Part shown: positions 54,692 to 64,000 of the stretch, in pieces | Layout of the letters: each line of letters opens with the position of its first letter | Position numbering within the stretch: position 1 is the stretch's first letter | Assembly (NCBI GenBank): GCA_964291235.2 | Contig: OZ219816.1 | Coordinates: 672,001-736,000 of the forward strand | Length of the DNA stretch: 64,000 bases | Direction: 5' to 3' | DNA from: Vicinamibacteria bacterium | GTDB lineage: Bacteria > Acidobacteriota > Vicinamibacteria > Marinacidobacterales > Marinacidobacteraceae | Notes under the pieces: model-generated | The model's database searches: none | What the model was told of the DNA's origin: nothing | Seen by the model: the letters and a program-made list of their open reading frames with translations, nothing else | Made by a program: the position numbers and the translations under genes

Positions 54692-56050
54692 ATGGTTCTC
54701 ACCAAGACCCCGCTGCTCGCGGAAACGGTGCGCAAACTGGTGTCCCGGGGGGCCTTCGCTAACGCACACCGCATCCTCGAAAAGCTGCATCCGGCGGATG
54801 TGGCGCAGGTGCTCGCCGACCTGCCGGACGCGTACCGACTGAAGACGTTTCGGGTCGTTTTTCAGCGGGATCTGAATCTGGCTGCCGCCGCGCTCGGGGA
54901 AATCGGGGTCGAGCGGGGCGGGGATCTGATCATCCGGCTCGAGCCACCGGAAATTTCGCACCTCCTGCAGGAACTCGATCCCGACGACGCCGCGGAGTTC
55001 CTGAGCGAACTCCCCGAGGAGCTGCGCGAGCAGGTCCTCCGGGGAATGCGGACCCGCGAGGCGTCCGACGTCGAGGATCTCCTCCAGTACCCGGAGGAAA
55101 CCGCCGGGCGCATCATGAGTCCGAAGGTGTTCTCGGTCCTGGAGGACACCACCATCGGCGAGACCATCGCGCGCCTCCAGGAGTCCCCCGACGTGGAGAT
55201 GGTCTTCTACATCTACGTGGTGGACAGCCACGGGACTCTGGTGGGGGTGCTCTCGCTGCGCCAGCTCCTGCAGCGCCGGCCGGAGGCGTCGCTTTCGGAG
55301 GTCATGGTGACTGACGTGCTGCGCGTGCGTACCGAGATGGACCAGGAGGAAGTTGCCCAGTTGGTGGCCAGCTATAACATTCTTGCGGTCCCGGTGGTGA
55401 ACCAGCAGGGAAAACTGGTCGGCGTCATCACCGTGGACGACGTCATCGACGTCATCAAGGAAGAGGCTACCGAGGACATGTACCGGATGGCCGGCCTCGG
55501 GGTTTCGGAGAGTGTCTTCACCAACGCCCGGCGCTCCATCCGGATGCGAATTCCCTGGCTCACGGTGAATCTCGCGACCGCGTTCCTCGCCGCCTGGGTG
55601 GTCAGCCTGTTCGAGGAGTCCATCGCGCGTTTCGCGATCCTCGCGGTGTTCATGCCGATGGTGCCCCTCCTGGGCGGAAACGCCGGCAACCAGACACTCA
55701 CCGTGATGGTGCGCGGAATTGCCCTTGGGGAACTGAGCTGGAAGAACAGCCGCCCGGCGCTGCTGAAGGAACTTGCGGTGGGTTCGGCCAACGGTCTGAT
55801 GATCGGCCTGCTCATCGCCGCGTTCGCGTGGCTGTGGAAAGGGGATCCCCGGATCGGTCTGGCGCTCGCGCTCGCGATGGTCGGCACCATGGTCGTGGCC
55901 GCGGTGGTTGGAACGCTGATGCCGCTTACGCTCCGCTGGCTCAAGGTCGATCCCGCGCTCGCGTCCTCGGTCTTCGTCACCACGGCGACCGACGTGTCGG
56001 GTTTCCTCCTGTTCCTCGGCATCGGGGTGACCGCACTCACGAATCTCTAG
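54692..56050 (+). CDS. mgtE: Magnesium transporter MgtE
   Basis: LHPADVA, YPEETAGRIM, CBS pair, RIPWL, GGNAGNQ and DPALASSVFVTTATD motifs. Confidence 0.97.
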   Translation: MVLTKTPLLAETVRKLVSRGAFANAHRILEKLHPADVAQVLADLPDAYRLKTFRVVFQRDLNLAAAALGEIGVERGGDLIIRLEPPEISHLLQELDPDDAAEFLSELPEELREQVLRGMRTREASDVEDLLQYPEETAGRIMSPKVFSVLEDTTIGETIARLQESPDVEMVFYIYVVDSHGTLVGVLSLRQLLQRRPEASLSEVMVTDVLRVRTEMDQEEVAQLVASYNILAVPVVNQQGKLVGVITVDDVIDVIKEEATEDMYRMAGLGVSESVFTNARRSIRMRIPWLTVNLATAFLAAWVVSLFEESIARFAILAVFMPMVPLLGGNAGNQTLTVMVRGIALGELSWKNSRPALLKELAVGSANGLMIGLLIAAFAWLWKGDPRIGLALALAMVGTMVVAAVVGTLMPLTLRWLKVDPALASSVFVTTATDVSGFLLFLGIGVTALTNL

Positions 56051-56178
56051 ATCGCGCGGGCGCGGATCTTCGGGCTCGGGCGACTCCTCGAACGACGAGA
56101 GGGTGTTGAGCGCTGGGAGAAATAGGGGAGGATTCTCCGAGCGTCCGTCTCCGGCTGCGCTCCCACCTTCGTACTCCG

Positions 56179-56955
56179 ATGCCGCTCAAGCATTCCCGCG
56201 TGTTCGTGCTCCGCACTTATGCGGTCGCCGAGGCCGACAAGGTCTGCGTGCTGTTCAGCGGGGACGAGGGGAAGGTCCGCGCCTGGGCGCGGGGAGCCCG
56301 GCGGCCCAAGTCGCGCTACGGGGGCGCGCTCGAAATCGGGAACGAGGTGGACGCCGGCTGGTTCGAACGGGAGGGCAGGGAACTGGTGAACCTCGACCGC
56401 TGTGAACTGGTCGTTTCCGCACTGCCCCTCGCCCGGGATCCGGTGCGGGCGGCGGCACTGGGCTACCTTTCCCGGCTCGTGGACACCTTCGCGCCCGACC
56501 GGGAAGCCGACCCCAGGCTCTACCGGTTGATCTCTGCCTGCCGCGACGCCCTGCTCGACGAGCGGCCCGCGGAACTCGTCGTGGCCTACTTCGAAGCCTG
56601 GCTGCTTCGCCTGTCCGGGTTGTACCCGCGCCCGGGCCGCTGCGCGTGCGGAGCGGCCTTCGACGACGGCGGGGCGGCCTTTTTTGCCTCCGGTCCGGTG
56701 TACGCGTGCTGCCGTTGCGCCGCGGCGCACGGCGAGCCGACCGCCCGGCTCTCGCTGGGCGCGCTCCGCTTGCTCGAGGCGTTCTGGGTAGCCCCGCCAT
56801 CCGCTTCCTTGCCGGACATCTCCGCAGCCGGGGAGCTGTTTCGTTTCCACGGCGGGCTCACCGCCGCCTTCGCCGAGCGGGCGTCGCCGGCCCGTCACGC
56901 GCTCGAGAGCATCCTCCGGTCCGGCGCCGTCGGTCTCGGAGAGGCCGCCCGATGA
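56179..56955 (+). CDS. recO: DNA repair protein RecO
   Basis: EADK...[22 protein letters not shown]; Zn-finger CACG...CCRC; upstream of glyQ. Confidence 0.9.
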   Translation: MPLKHSRVFVLRTYAVAEADKVCVLFSGDEGKVRAWARGARRPKSRYGGALEIGNEVDAGWFEREGRELVNLDRCELVVSALPLARDPVRAAALGYLSRLVDTFAPDREADPRLYRLISACRDALLDERPAELVVAYFEAWLLRLSGLYPRPGRCACGAAFDDGGAAFFASGPVYACCRCAAAHGEPTARLSLGALRLLEAFWVAPPSASLPDISAAGELFRFHGGLTAAFAERASPARHALESILRSGAVGLGEAAR

Positions 56956-57791
56956 CGTTCCAGGACCTGATCGCCAAGCTGTCCGGCTTCTGGGCTGCAC
57001 AGGGGGCGGTCGTCGCGCAGCCGTACGACATGGAAATGGGCGCCGGGACCATGCATCCGGAAACCTTCTTCCGGGTTCTCGGCCCCACCCCCTGGAAGGT
57101 TGTCTATGTGCAACCCTCGCGTCGGCCCGCCGACGGACGTTACGGCGAGAACCCGAACCGGCTTTACAAGCACCACCAGCTCCAGCTCATCCTGAAACCC
57201 GCACCCCAGAACATCCAGGATCTCTATCTGGCGAGCCTCGCGGCCTGCGGGGTGAATGCCGCCCAGCACGATCTCCGGTTCGAGGAGGACAACTGGGCCG
57301 CGCCGACCCTTGGAGCGTGGGGTGTCGGATGGCAGGTCGTGCTCGACGGGCTCGAGATCAGCCAGTTCACGTACTTCCAGCAGGCGGGGGGAATCGAACT
57401 CGCTCCCATCTCGGTCGAGATCACCTACGGGCTGGAACGTCTGGCCATGTACCTACAGGACGTGGACGACGTGTATGACCTCGAATGGACGAAGGGAGTG
57501 GACTACCGCACGGTGCGGCTCGCGGACGAGCGGCAGTCGTCGCGCTATGCGTTCGAGGAGGCGGACACCGCGGTGCTCAACCGCAATTTCGACGAAGCGA
57601 TCACCGAGGGGACGCGATTGATCGACGACGGGCTGGTGCTTCCGGGCTACGAACAATGTCTCCGGGCTTCCCACCTCTTCAACCTGCTGGACGCCCGCGG
57701 CGCGGTGTCGGTCAGCGACCGCCCGAGCCGCATCCTGGCGGTACGCGGTCTGGCGACGGCGGCCGCGAGCCGCTACCTCGACGACCAATGA
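56952..57791 (+). CDS. glyQ: Glycine--tRNA ligase alpha subunit
   Basis: [41 protein letters not shown] and EITYGLER motifs. Confidence 0.98.
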   Translation: MTFQDLIAKLSGFWAAQGAVVAQPYDMEMGAGTMHPETFFRVLGPTPWKVVYVQPSRRPADGRYGENPNRLYKHHQLQLILKPAPQNIQDLYLASLAACGVNAAQHDLRFEEDNWAAPTLGAWGVGWQVVLDGLEISQFTYFQQAGGIELAPISVEITYGLERLAMYLQDVDDVYDLEWTKGVDYRTVRLADERQSSRYAFEEADTAVLNRNFDEAITEGTRLIDDGLVLPGYEQCLRASHLFNLLDARGAVSVSDRPSRILAVRGLATAAASRYLDDQ

Positions 57792-59944
57792 CCGGTACGG
57801 ACCTCCTCATCGAGATCGGGTGCGAGGAGATTCCCGCCCACTGGGTGGAAGGCCTGACGGAGGGATTCGAAGAAGCGGTTTCCGCGGGGCTGGAGCGGGA
57901 GCGGCTGGCGGCGGCGACGATCGAGTCCCACGGCACGCTCCGCCGCCTGGCCGTCCACGCCACCGGCATTCCGGAAGCTCAACCGGATCAGGTCCGTGAG
58001 CTCCTGGGTCCGCCATGGCGGGTAGCGAAGGACGCCGAGGGCGGGTGGAGCCGCGCGGCGGCCGGCTTTGCCGGTCGCCACGGCATCGGGGAGGCCGACT
58101 TCGAGGAGCGACTTCGGCCGGTGGAAACGGCCCGCGGCCAATACCTGGGGATCCGCCAGGTTGTCCCCGGGCAGCCGGCGATCGACATCCTGCCCGGGAT
58201 TCTGGCGACCGCTCTCGGGTCGGTCCCCCTTCCGAAGGCGATGAACTGGGATGCCTCCATCGCGGGTACATCGTTTGCCTTCGTCCGCCCCATCCGCTGG
58301 TTGGTGGCGGTCTTCGGGGCGGAGGTCGTTCCCTTCCGGATCGAGGTGACGGGAGGCGCCCCGGTGGTCGCGGGGAACCGGAGCTTTGGCCATCGGGCAC
58401 GGACGACGATCGCCGGGGAAGCCCCGGGTGCCTCGTTCGCGGTGGATTCGCTTGGGGGACTCCGCGACGGGCTGCGCAGCCGCTGCGTCGTCCTGAACGA
58501 ACAGGAACGGAAACAGCAGTTGGTCGAGGCGCTCGGGCGCTGTGAGGACGAGGCGGGCGAGGGCGCCGAAGTCGGCGCCGCGACCGACATTCACAAGAAC
58601 CTGGTGGAATATCCGGGAGCAGTCCTGGGCGGTTTCCCGGAAGAGTTCCTCTCCTTGCCGAAGCAGATCCGCGACACCGTCCTCATCCATCACCAGAAGT
58701 ACTTCCCATTTCCACAGAAGCCGCTCTTCATCGCGGTGACCAACCTGCCGGACGACCCGGAAGGCCACGTCCGGCGCGGCGCCGAACGGGTGGTCGTGGC
58801 CCGGTTCCGGGATGCCCGTTTCTTCTGGGACGAAGACCGAAAGGCCCGGTTGGCCGGCAGCCGCGACCGGTTGGCGGGGGTGGTCTTCCACCGGCGGCTC
58901 GGCAGTTTCCTCGACAAGGCGCACCGGATGGAGCGGCTGGCGGAGTGGATCGCCGACTCCGTGGAAGCGGACTCCAGCGCCGCCTCCCAGGCTGCGGGGC
59001 TCGCCAAGTGCGATCTCACGACCAACCTGGTCGGGGAGTTCGCTTCACTCCAGGGCGTCGTCGGCGGACTCCTCCTGCGCGAGGAGGGAGTTCCAGACAC
59101 CGTCTGGCAGGCGGTTCACGACCACTACCGACCGGCGGGACTTGACGGTGAACTTCCGCGAAGCCCCGAAGGGGCCGCGGTTTCGCTGGCCGACCGCGCC
59201 GACACCCTCGCCGGGTTGTTTCTGGCCGGCGAACAGCCCTCGGGTTCCGGCGATCCCTTCGCTCTGCGGCGCGCGGCGCTCTCGATGATCCGGGTGCTGC
59301 GGGACGCGCCGCGGGAGTATCCCGGCCACCGGGACCGCTGGCCCGCACCTCAGGCCCTGCTGGACCGGGCCCTTGCGGGATATGAGCCGGATGAGGAGGC
59401 GCGCGCCGCGACCGCCGCGAAGCTCCTCGCCTTCGTCGGCGACCGGTTGCCGCACGCTTTCGGAAGTGCCGCCACCCCCGGGGGGGTAGTGAACGCGGTG
59501 CTGGCGATCCGGGCCGCCGCCCACCCGGTAGCCGACACCTCGCAGCGGATCCGGGATCTCTCGGCGGCCGTGGTTTCCGGGGACTACACAACCCTCGCGG
59601 AGGCTTCGCGGCGGGTCCGGCGCATCCTGCCGCCCGAAATCCGGGAGGGAAGAGGCGCCGGGCTGGCCCCCGGGCTACTCACCGAGCCGGCGGAACAACG
59701 ACTCTACGCACGGCTTGAGGAGGTAGAGGCGGAGGTCCGGCGCCGCTTCGCCGAGACGCAGTATTTCCCGGCGTTCCAGGCGCTTGCCACCCTCGCCCCC
59801 GCCATCGCAACTTTCTTCGACGATGTACTGGTCATGGCGGACGATCCCGAGATTCGCGGAAACCGGCTGGCGCTGCTCGCCCGGCTGGACGCCCTGTTCC
59901 AGGAGGTCGGAGATCTGAGCCAGATCGAGTCGTCGGCGTCGTGA
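57788..59944 (+). CDS. glyS: Glycine--tRNA ligase beta subunit
   Basis: [27 protein letters not shown]...[17 protein letters not shown] and FFDDVLVM...NRL motifs. Confidence 0.96.
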   Translation: MTGTDLLIEIGCEEIPAHWVEGLTEGFEEAVSAGLERERLAAATIESHGTLRRLAVHATGIPEAQPDQVRELLGPPWRVAKDAEGGWSRAAAGFAGRHGIGEADFEERLRPVETARGQYLGIRQVVPGQPAIDILPGILATALGSVPLPKAMNWDASIAGTSFAFVRPIRWLVAVFGAEVVPFRIEVTGGAPVVAGNRSFGHRARTTIAGEAPGASFAVDSLGGLRDGLRSRCVVLNEQERKQQLVEALGRCEDEAGEGAEVGAATDIHKNLVEYPGAVLGGFPEEFLSLPKQIRDTVLIHHQKYFPFPQKPLFIAVTNLPDDPEGHVRRGAERVVVARFRDARFFWDEDRKARLAGSRDRLAGVVFHRRLGSFLDKAHRMERLAEWIADSVEADSSAASQAAGLAKCDLTTNLVGEFASLQGVVGGLLLREEGVPDTVWQAVHDHYRPAGLDGELPRSPEGAAVSLADRADTLAGLFLAGEQPSGSGDPFALRRAALSMIRVLRDAPREYPGHRDRWPAPQALLDRALAGYEPDEEARAATAAKLLAFVGDRLPHAFGSAATPGGVVNAVLAIRAAAHPVADTSQRIRDLSAAVVSGDYTTLAEASRRVRRILPPEIREGRGAGLAPGLLTEPAEQRLYARLEEVEAEVRRRFAETQYFPAFQALATLAPAIATFFDDVLVMADDPEIRGNRLALLARLDALFQEVGDLSQIESSAS

Positions 59945-60063
59945 GGGCTGGATGTGACAACCATTTCGCTGGCCTCCGGCCAGCGGTGCCGGACCCGACG
60001 AGATGGACCGGGGCCTCATTGCTGTGCACGTCGCGTCGAGATGATCCACTGCCGACCGCGCGG

Positions 60064-60231
60064 AAGACCAATGGCAGCGAACTCTGTTCGCTGTCGGCGG
60101 TTCCGGGGGAAAGTGTGAAAGGGGGGAGTCCCCCCTTTCACAAGAAGAAAACGACGAATCGGGACTTGCCGCCGCGCGCACCCGGCGCGCAAGGAAGTCT
60201 CGATTCGCGGCGCGAAGCGCCGGGCGGTCTT
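60064..60231. other. Candidate multi-hairpin structured RNA or repeat in the glyS-mutL spacer
   Basis: Stems at 60073-60095, 60114-60142 (perfect 13 bp), 60156-60206 and 60208-60222, potentially closed by AAGACC/GGTCTT. Confidence 0.4.
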
Positions 60232-60282
60232 TGGACGGAGCCTCAACACAATCGGCGATAGCAGTTCGAACAACTCCACTCC

Positions 60283-62094
60283 ATGGCTCCGTCCAAAGAC
60301 CGCTCGAGGATTCACCGGCTGTCGGCGGCGGTCGCTAACCAGATTGCTGCCGGGGAGGTCGTGGAACGGCCGGCCGCGGTCGTCCGGGAACTCGTCGAAA
60401 ACTCGATCGACGCGGGCGCCACGACGATTTCGGTGCGCGTCAAGGGCGCCGGCCGCACCGAGATCCGGGTGGGCGACGACGGGATGGGCATGACCCGCGA
60501 GGACGCGCGGCTGGCGCTCGAGCGGCACGCCACCAGCAAGATCGAGTCGGTGGACGACCTCACCGCCATCGGATCGCTCGGTTTCCGCGGTGAGGCATTG
60601 CCCTCGATCGCGTCGGTCTCCCGGTTCCGGTTGCGCACCCGGCCAGCAGGGGCGGAATCCGGCTGGGAGATCGAGGTCGAAGGGGGGGCGACCATCTCCG
60701 ACCGGCCGGCCGGAATGCGCCCGGGGACCGTGGTGGAAGTCCGGGACCTCTTCTTCAACACCCCGGCGCGGCGCAAGTTCTTGCGAGCGGAGCGGACCGA
60801 GGCCTCCTACATCGTCCAGGCCGTGTCGAATCTCGCCCTCGCCTGGCCGCAGATCCGCTTTGAACTGGTGAGCGGAGACCGCCAGGTGCTCGCCCTCGAA
60901 CCGGGCGGTGACACGGTGGAGCGGCTCCAGCAACTCGAACCCCGCTGGGCCCGGGACGCCATTCCGATCGAGGCCAGCGCCGGAACCCTCGGAGTCCGCG
61001 CTTTCCTCTCGCCGCCCATGGCGCCGCGCGGCGCTTCCTCGCGGCTGCTTCTCTACGTGAACGGGCGGCCCATCAAGGACCGCCGGCTGTTTCACGGGGT
61101 CACCGAGGCGTACCGACGGCTTTCGAGTCTGAGCGGCACGCCGAAGGCCTACGTTTTTCTCGAAGCGCCGCCGGACATGGTGGACGTGAATGTGCATCCG
61201 GCAAAGGCGGAGGTGCGGTTCGCGGATCCGGAAGCGGCCTGGGGCGCTGTCTTCCGGACCGTGCGCGCGGCGATCGAGGGTTCTCCGAAGCGGGTGGACC
61301 TGGGGCCAACGGGCGGGGGGGCCACGGGCGGGAGCCGCCCGGCCACGCGACCCGGCCGCGCCATGGGGTTGGCTCCCGCCGGCGCCGACGGCGCCGGGAC
61401 AAGCGACTCGGCCCCCGCGCAATCCCAGCCCGGCGCCTGGGACGGGAAAGCGGTGGGGGAACTGCTCTACGGCGCCGACGGGGTCGCGGAACAAACCCGG
61501 GCCGGCTACCTGGACTTCGGCGCGACTCCCCCCCGGGTGCTCGGCCAATTCCGGCGCACCTACATCCTCGCGGAGGAGCGCTCCGAACTGCTTGTCGTGG
61601 ACCAGCACGCCGCCGACGAGCGGGTGATCTTCAACCGTTTGATGGAGGAGTCGAGCCGGCCCCGTACCCAGGAGCTCCTGCAGCCGGTCCCCCTCGAACT
61701 TTCTCCCGTGGAACGCGCGGCACTGACCGGCGAGCACGAGCGGCTGGCGGCGGCCGGCTTCGACGTCGAACCCTTCGGCGGCGACTCGTGGATTCTCCGC
61801 GGAGTGCCGGAAGTGCTCGGCGTTGGCCGCGGCCTCGATGTCCTCATGCGCTCGCTTGCATCCGAGGAAAGCGAATGCGCGGCGAGTGCCGCCCACGATG
61901 CCCGCGCCCGGATCATGGCGCGGGTGGCGTGCCACGCCGCGGTGACCGCCGGAGTGACGCTCACGACCGAGCGCCTGAGCGCGGTGCTCGGTTCCCTCTG
62001 GGGAACGACAAACCCCTCCACCTGTCCGCACGGACGTCCCACGGTGATGCGGCTTGACCTGCCGTTCATCGAACGGCGCTTCGGCCGTAGTTGA
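60283..62094 (+). CDS. mutL: DNA mismatch repair endonuclease MutL
   Basis: NQIAAGEVVERP, ELVENSIDAG, HATSK, LGFRGEAL, DVNVHP, DQHAADE, ACH and CPHGRP motifs. Confidence 0.97.
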   Translation: MAPSKDRSRIHRLSAAVANQIAAGEVVERPAAVVRELVENSIDAGATTISVRVKGAGRTEIRVGDDGMGMTREDARLALERHATSKIESVDDLTAIGSLGFRGEALPSIASVSRFRLRTRPAGAESGWEIEVEGGATISDRPAGMRPGTVVEVRDLFFNTPARRKFLRAERTEASYIVQAVSNLALAWPQIRFELVSGDRQVLALEPGGDTVERLQQLEPRWARDAIPIEASAGTLGVRAFLSPPMAPRGASSRLLLYVNGRPIKDRRLFHGVTEAYRRLSSLSGTPKAYVFLEAPPDMVDVNVHPAKAEVRFADPEAAWGAVFRTVRAAIEGSPKRVDLGPTGGGATGGSRPATRPGRAMGLAPAGADGAGTSDSAPAQSQPGAWDGKAVGELLYGADGVAEQTRAGYLDFGATPPRVLGQFRRTYILAEERSELLVVDQHAADERVIFNRLMEESSRPRTQELLQPVPLELSPVERAALTGEHERLAAAGFDVEPFGGDSWILRGVPEVLGVGRGLDVLMRSLASEESECAASAAHDARARIMARVACHAAVTAGVTLTTERLSAVLGSLWGTTNPSTCPHGRPTVMRLDLPFIERRFGRS

Positions 62095-62095
62095 G

Positions 62096-62332
62096 ATGGT
62101 GAAGCAAAAACCCCGGAAGGAACCGCTGCCCACCGCGGTGACGCTGGCGTGGATTCGCTACTTTGCCGGGCGCACCCTGATGATGGTGGGCATGCTGGTG
62201 GTGACCGGGGCGGCCGCGCTTTTCTTCGGCGCCGACGCCGAGCGTCGGATGCTCGTCTTCACCGGAACGGGAGCGCTGTTATTCGGTGCCGGTTGGTTGC
62301 TCTCCAGAAAGCGCCCTCCGGAAGCGCGCTGA
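62096..62332 (+). CDS. Small 2-TM hypothetical membrane protein (78 aa)
   Basis: ATG 1 nt after the mutL stop; two hydrophobic segments. Confidence 0.6.
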   Translation: MVKQKPRKEPLPTAVTLAWIRYFAGRTLMMVGMLVVTGAAALFFGADAERRMLVFTGTGALLFGAGWLLSRKRPPEAR

Positions 62333-62351
62333 CCCGCGCTGGCGGAGCTGC

Positions 62352-62538
62352 TTAACAGTCTGTGGTGAAACGCACGCGAGCACCGAGACGAGTGAGGCGC
62401 CCGGCTGACAAGGCGCGTGAGGGAGGAATACCGGGTGTATTTCGACCGAAACGCAACGATGAGCGCCTCGCAGAGGCGCAGTTCAGCCGGGATGCATCGC
62501 TCGTCGAATGCCGCGTGGGTTTTGCCACAGGCTGTTAA
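62352..62538. mobile_element. MITE family A, full-length copy (TTAA-bounded); its right end supplies the CBS gene stop
   Basis: TTAACAGTCTGTGGTGAAACGCACGCG / CGCGTGGGTTTTGCCACAGGCTGTTAA; conserved core. Confidence 0.85.
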
Positions 62539-62972
62539 CCCCCGATGCCGTCGGCCGTAAAGAAGCTCACCACCGATTCGAGTGCTTCTTTCTCTTCATC
62601 CAGTTTGTGCTTCAGCACCCGGCGCACCGTCGCAATGCCGACCACTTCGTCGCCGTCCATGACCGGGAGGTGCCGGAAGTGATTGGACACCATGATTTCA
62701 AGCGCCTGCTCGAGCGACGTGTCCGGAGTGATGGTGACCGGCTCGGTGGTCATCGCGTCTCCGACCACCGTGGTCTCCGGATCCCGATGCTGGGCCACCA
62801 CCCGGGTCATGAGGTCGCGCTCGGTGAAGATCCCGGCGAGGGTCCCGTCCGCGTTCATGACGGCGGCCGCCCCCGTACGGTTGCGGACCATGGCCTGCAC
62901 CGTCGCACAGATGGTTTCATCCGGGGCAACCCGGGTTGCGGGCCGGTGACTGATCTTGAGCAGCGGGTCCAT
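62535..62972 (-). CDS. CBS domain-pair protein
   Basis: GIFTERDLMTRVV, MT..PVTI and FRHLPV...VGI motifs. Confidence 0.9.
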   Translation of the reverse strand: MDPLLKISHRPATRVAPDETICATVQAMVRNRTGAAAVMNADGTLAGIFTERDLMTRVVAQHRDPETTVVGDAMTTEPVTITPDTSLEQALEIMVSNHFRHLPVMDGDEVVGIATVRRVLKHKLDEEKEALESVVSFFTADGIGG

Positions 62973-63063
62973 GACTTTGTCCTTCGATGATCGCGGTTAC
63001 GAAGCGGCAAGTTTCGCAAAAGGCGGGCACGATGGCAATTTTCGCCTCCGGCAGGCGAGGAAC

Positions 63064-63090
63064 GGAACACAATTCCCTGCCCGACCGTCG
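63064..63090 (+). promoter_or_regulatory. Possible ECF-type promoter GGAACA-N16-CGTCG upstream of bshA
   Basis: Same architecture as the promoter at 14931-14957; ends 15 nt before the bshA ATG. Confidence 0.35.
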
Positions 63091-63105
63091 GGTTGATTAG
63101 ATTCC

Positions 63106-64000
63106 ATGAGGCTTGCCATCGTCTGCTATCCCACCCATGGCGGGAGCGGCGCGGTCGCCTCCGAACTCGCCATCGGGATGGCGGACGCCGGCCACGATGT
63201 CCACGTGGTGAGCTACGCGGTGCCCTTCCGCCTGCGCCGGTTCCACCCGGGGGTTCGGCTGCACGAAGTCGAGATCGCCTCCTATCCGCTGTTCCGCTAC
63301 CCGCCGTACACCCTGGGGCTCGCGACGAAGCTCGCCGAGGTGGCAAGCGAAGAAGGCGATTTCGACATCATCCACGCCCACTACGCGGTTCCCAATGCGG
63401 TCAGCGCCTTTCTTGCGCGGGAGATCATCGGGGGCGGCCGCACCCGGGTCGTCACCACCCTCCATGGAACCGACATCACACTGGTGGGCGCGGACAAGTC
63501 GTTCCACCGGGTGATCTGCTTCGCGCTCGAGCGCTCGGACGCCGTGACCGCGGTTTCGAACTATCTCGCCGACCGGACCCAACGCGATTTCGCTCCGCAC
63601 GTGCCGGTGGAGGTCATCCCGAACTTCGTGGATACCGCGCTTCCGCCTCCTCCGTCCGGGCGCGGGGCGCGGGAGACCTGGGCTCCGAACGGGGAGCGGA
63701 TCCTGATGCACGCCTCGAACTTCCGACCGGTGAAGCGCATCAGCGACGTCGTGCGCGTCTTTGCCGAAGTGCGCCGGCAGCTTCCCGCCAAACTCGTGCT
63801 GGTGGGAGAGGGGCCGGAGCGCCTTTTCGCCCAGCAACTCGTCCGCGAACTCGAACTCACCCCCGACGTGATCTTCCTCGGGCAGCAGGACGACATCGGG
63901 GGGCCACTCGCCTGTGGAGACCTGCTGCTGCTGCCGAGCGAACAGGAGAGCTTCGGGCTGACCGCGCTCGAAGCGATGGTAAGCCGCGTGCCGGTGATCG
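63106..64000 (+). CDS. bshA: N-acetyl-alpha-D-glucosaminyl L-malate synthase BshA (3'-truncated by the window edge)
   Basis: Not in the ORF track; translated by hand: MRLAIVCYPTHGGSGAVASEL, YPLFRYPPY, HAHYAVP, TTLHGTDITLVG, SNFRPVKR, PSEQESFGL. Confidence 0.93.
   Translation, partial: MRLAIVCYPTHGGSGAVASELAIGMADAGHDVHVVSYAVPFRLRRFHPGVRLHEVEIASYPLFRYPPYTLGLATKLAEVASEEGDFDIIHAHYAVPNAVSAFLAREIIGGGRTRVVTTLHGTDITLVGADKSFHRVICFALERSDAVTAVSNYLADRTQRDFAPHVPVEVIPNFVDTALPPPPSGRGARETWAPNGERILMHASNFRPVKRISDVVRVFAEVRRQLPAKLVLVGEGPERLFAQQLVRELELTPDVIFLGQQDDIGGPLACGDLLLLPSEQESFGLTALEAMVSRVPVI

Noticed and set aside
61597-61640. MutL endonuclease motif variant DQHAADERVIFN
   Set aside because: The DQHAxxE core, ACH and CPHGRP are all retained; insufficient evidence of altered function.

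Overview
High-GC bacterial chromosomal window, almost entirely core housekeeping genes. The organism is a diderm (lptE, outer-membrane porin), and its gene neighbourhoods suggest Acidobacteriota (inference only). Gene order: nusA(5'-partial)-infB-DUF503-rbfA-truB, rpsO-pnp, purC, an ECF sigma/anti-sigma/DUF5668/DUF4097 envelope-stress operon, ftcD-nrdR, pgpA-cinA-thpR, divergent ribD/ribE-ribBA, efp-epmA, a VPS10/BNR hydrolase, an LD-carboxypeptidase, arsR-arsI, an APC permease with an AKR-RidA fusion, an AbrB-PIN toxin-antitoxin pair, UbiD, arginase, a porin, a deacetylase, yceD-rpmF-fabD-fabG-acpP-fabF-M20, mutY-leuS-lptE-holA, two hemerythrin-like paralogs, mgtE-recO-glyQ-glyS, mutL, a CBS protein and bshA(3'-partial). 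I see no tRNA, rRNA, CRISPR array or transposase gene. The unusual signals are: (1) a NusA with a ~55-unit RRDSD mixed-charge tail; (2) two arrays of 11 CCATGGTCAAA boxes at mostly 20-22 bp spacing around a core of phased A/T tracts; (3) three interlocking families of non-autonomous repeats (a structured MITE that often sits on stop codons, a CTAG-bounded MITE, and covarying REP/REPIN units); (4) probable CTG start codons, two in CTGA stop/start overlaps; (5) many apparently leaderless genes; (6) a candidate structured RNA upstream of mutL.
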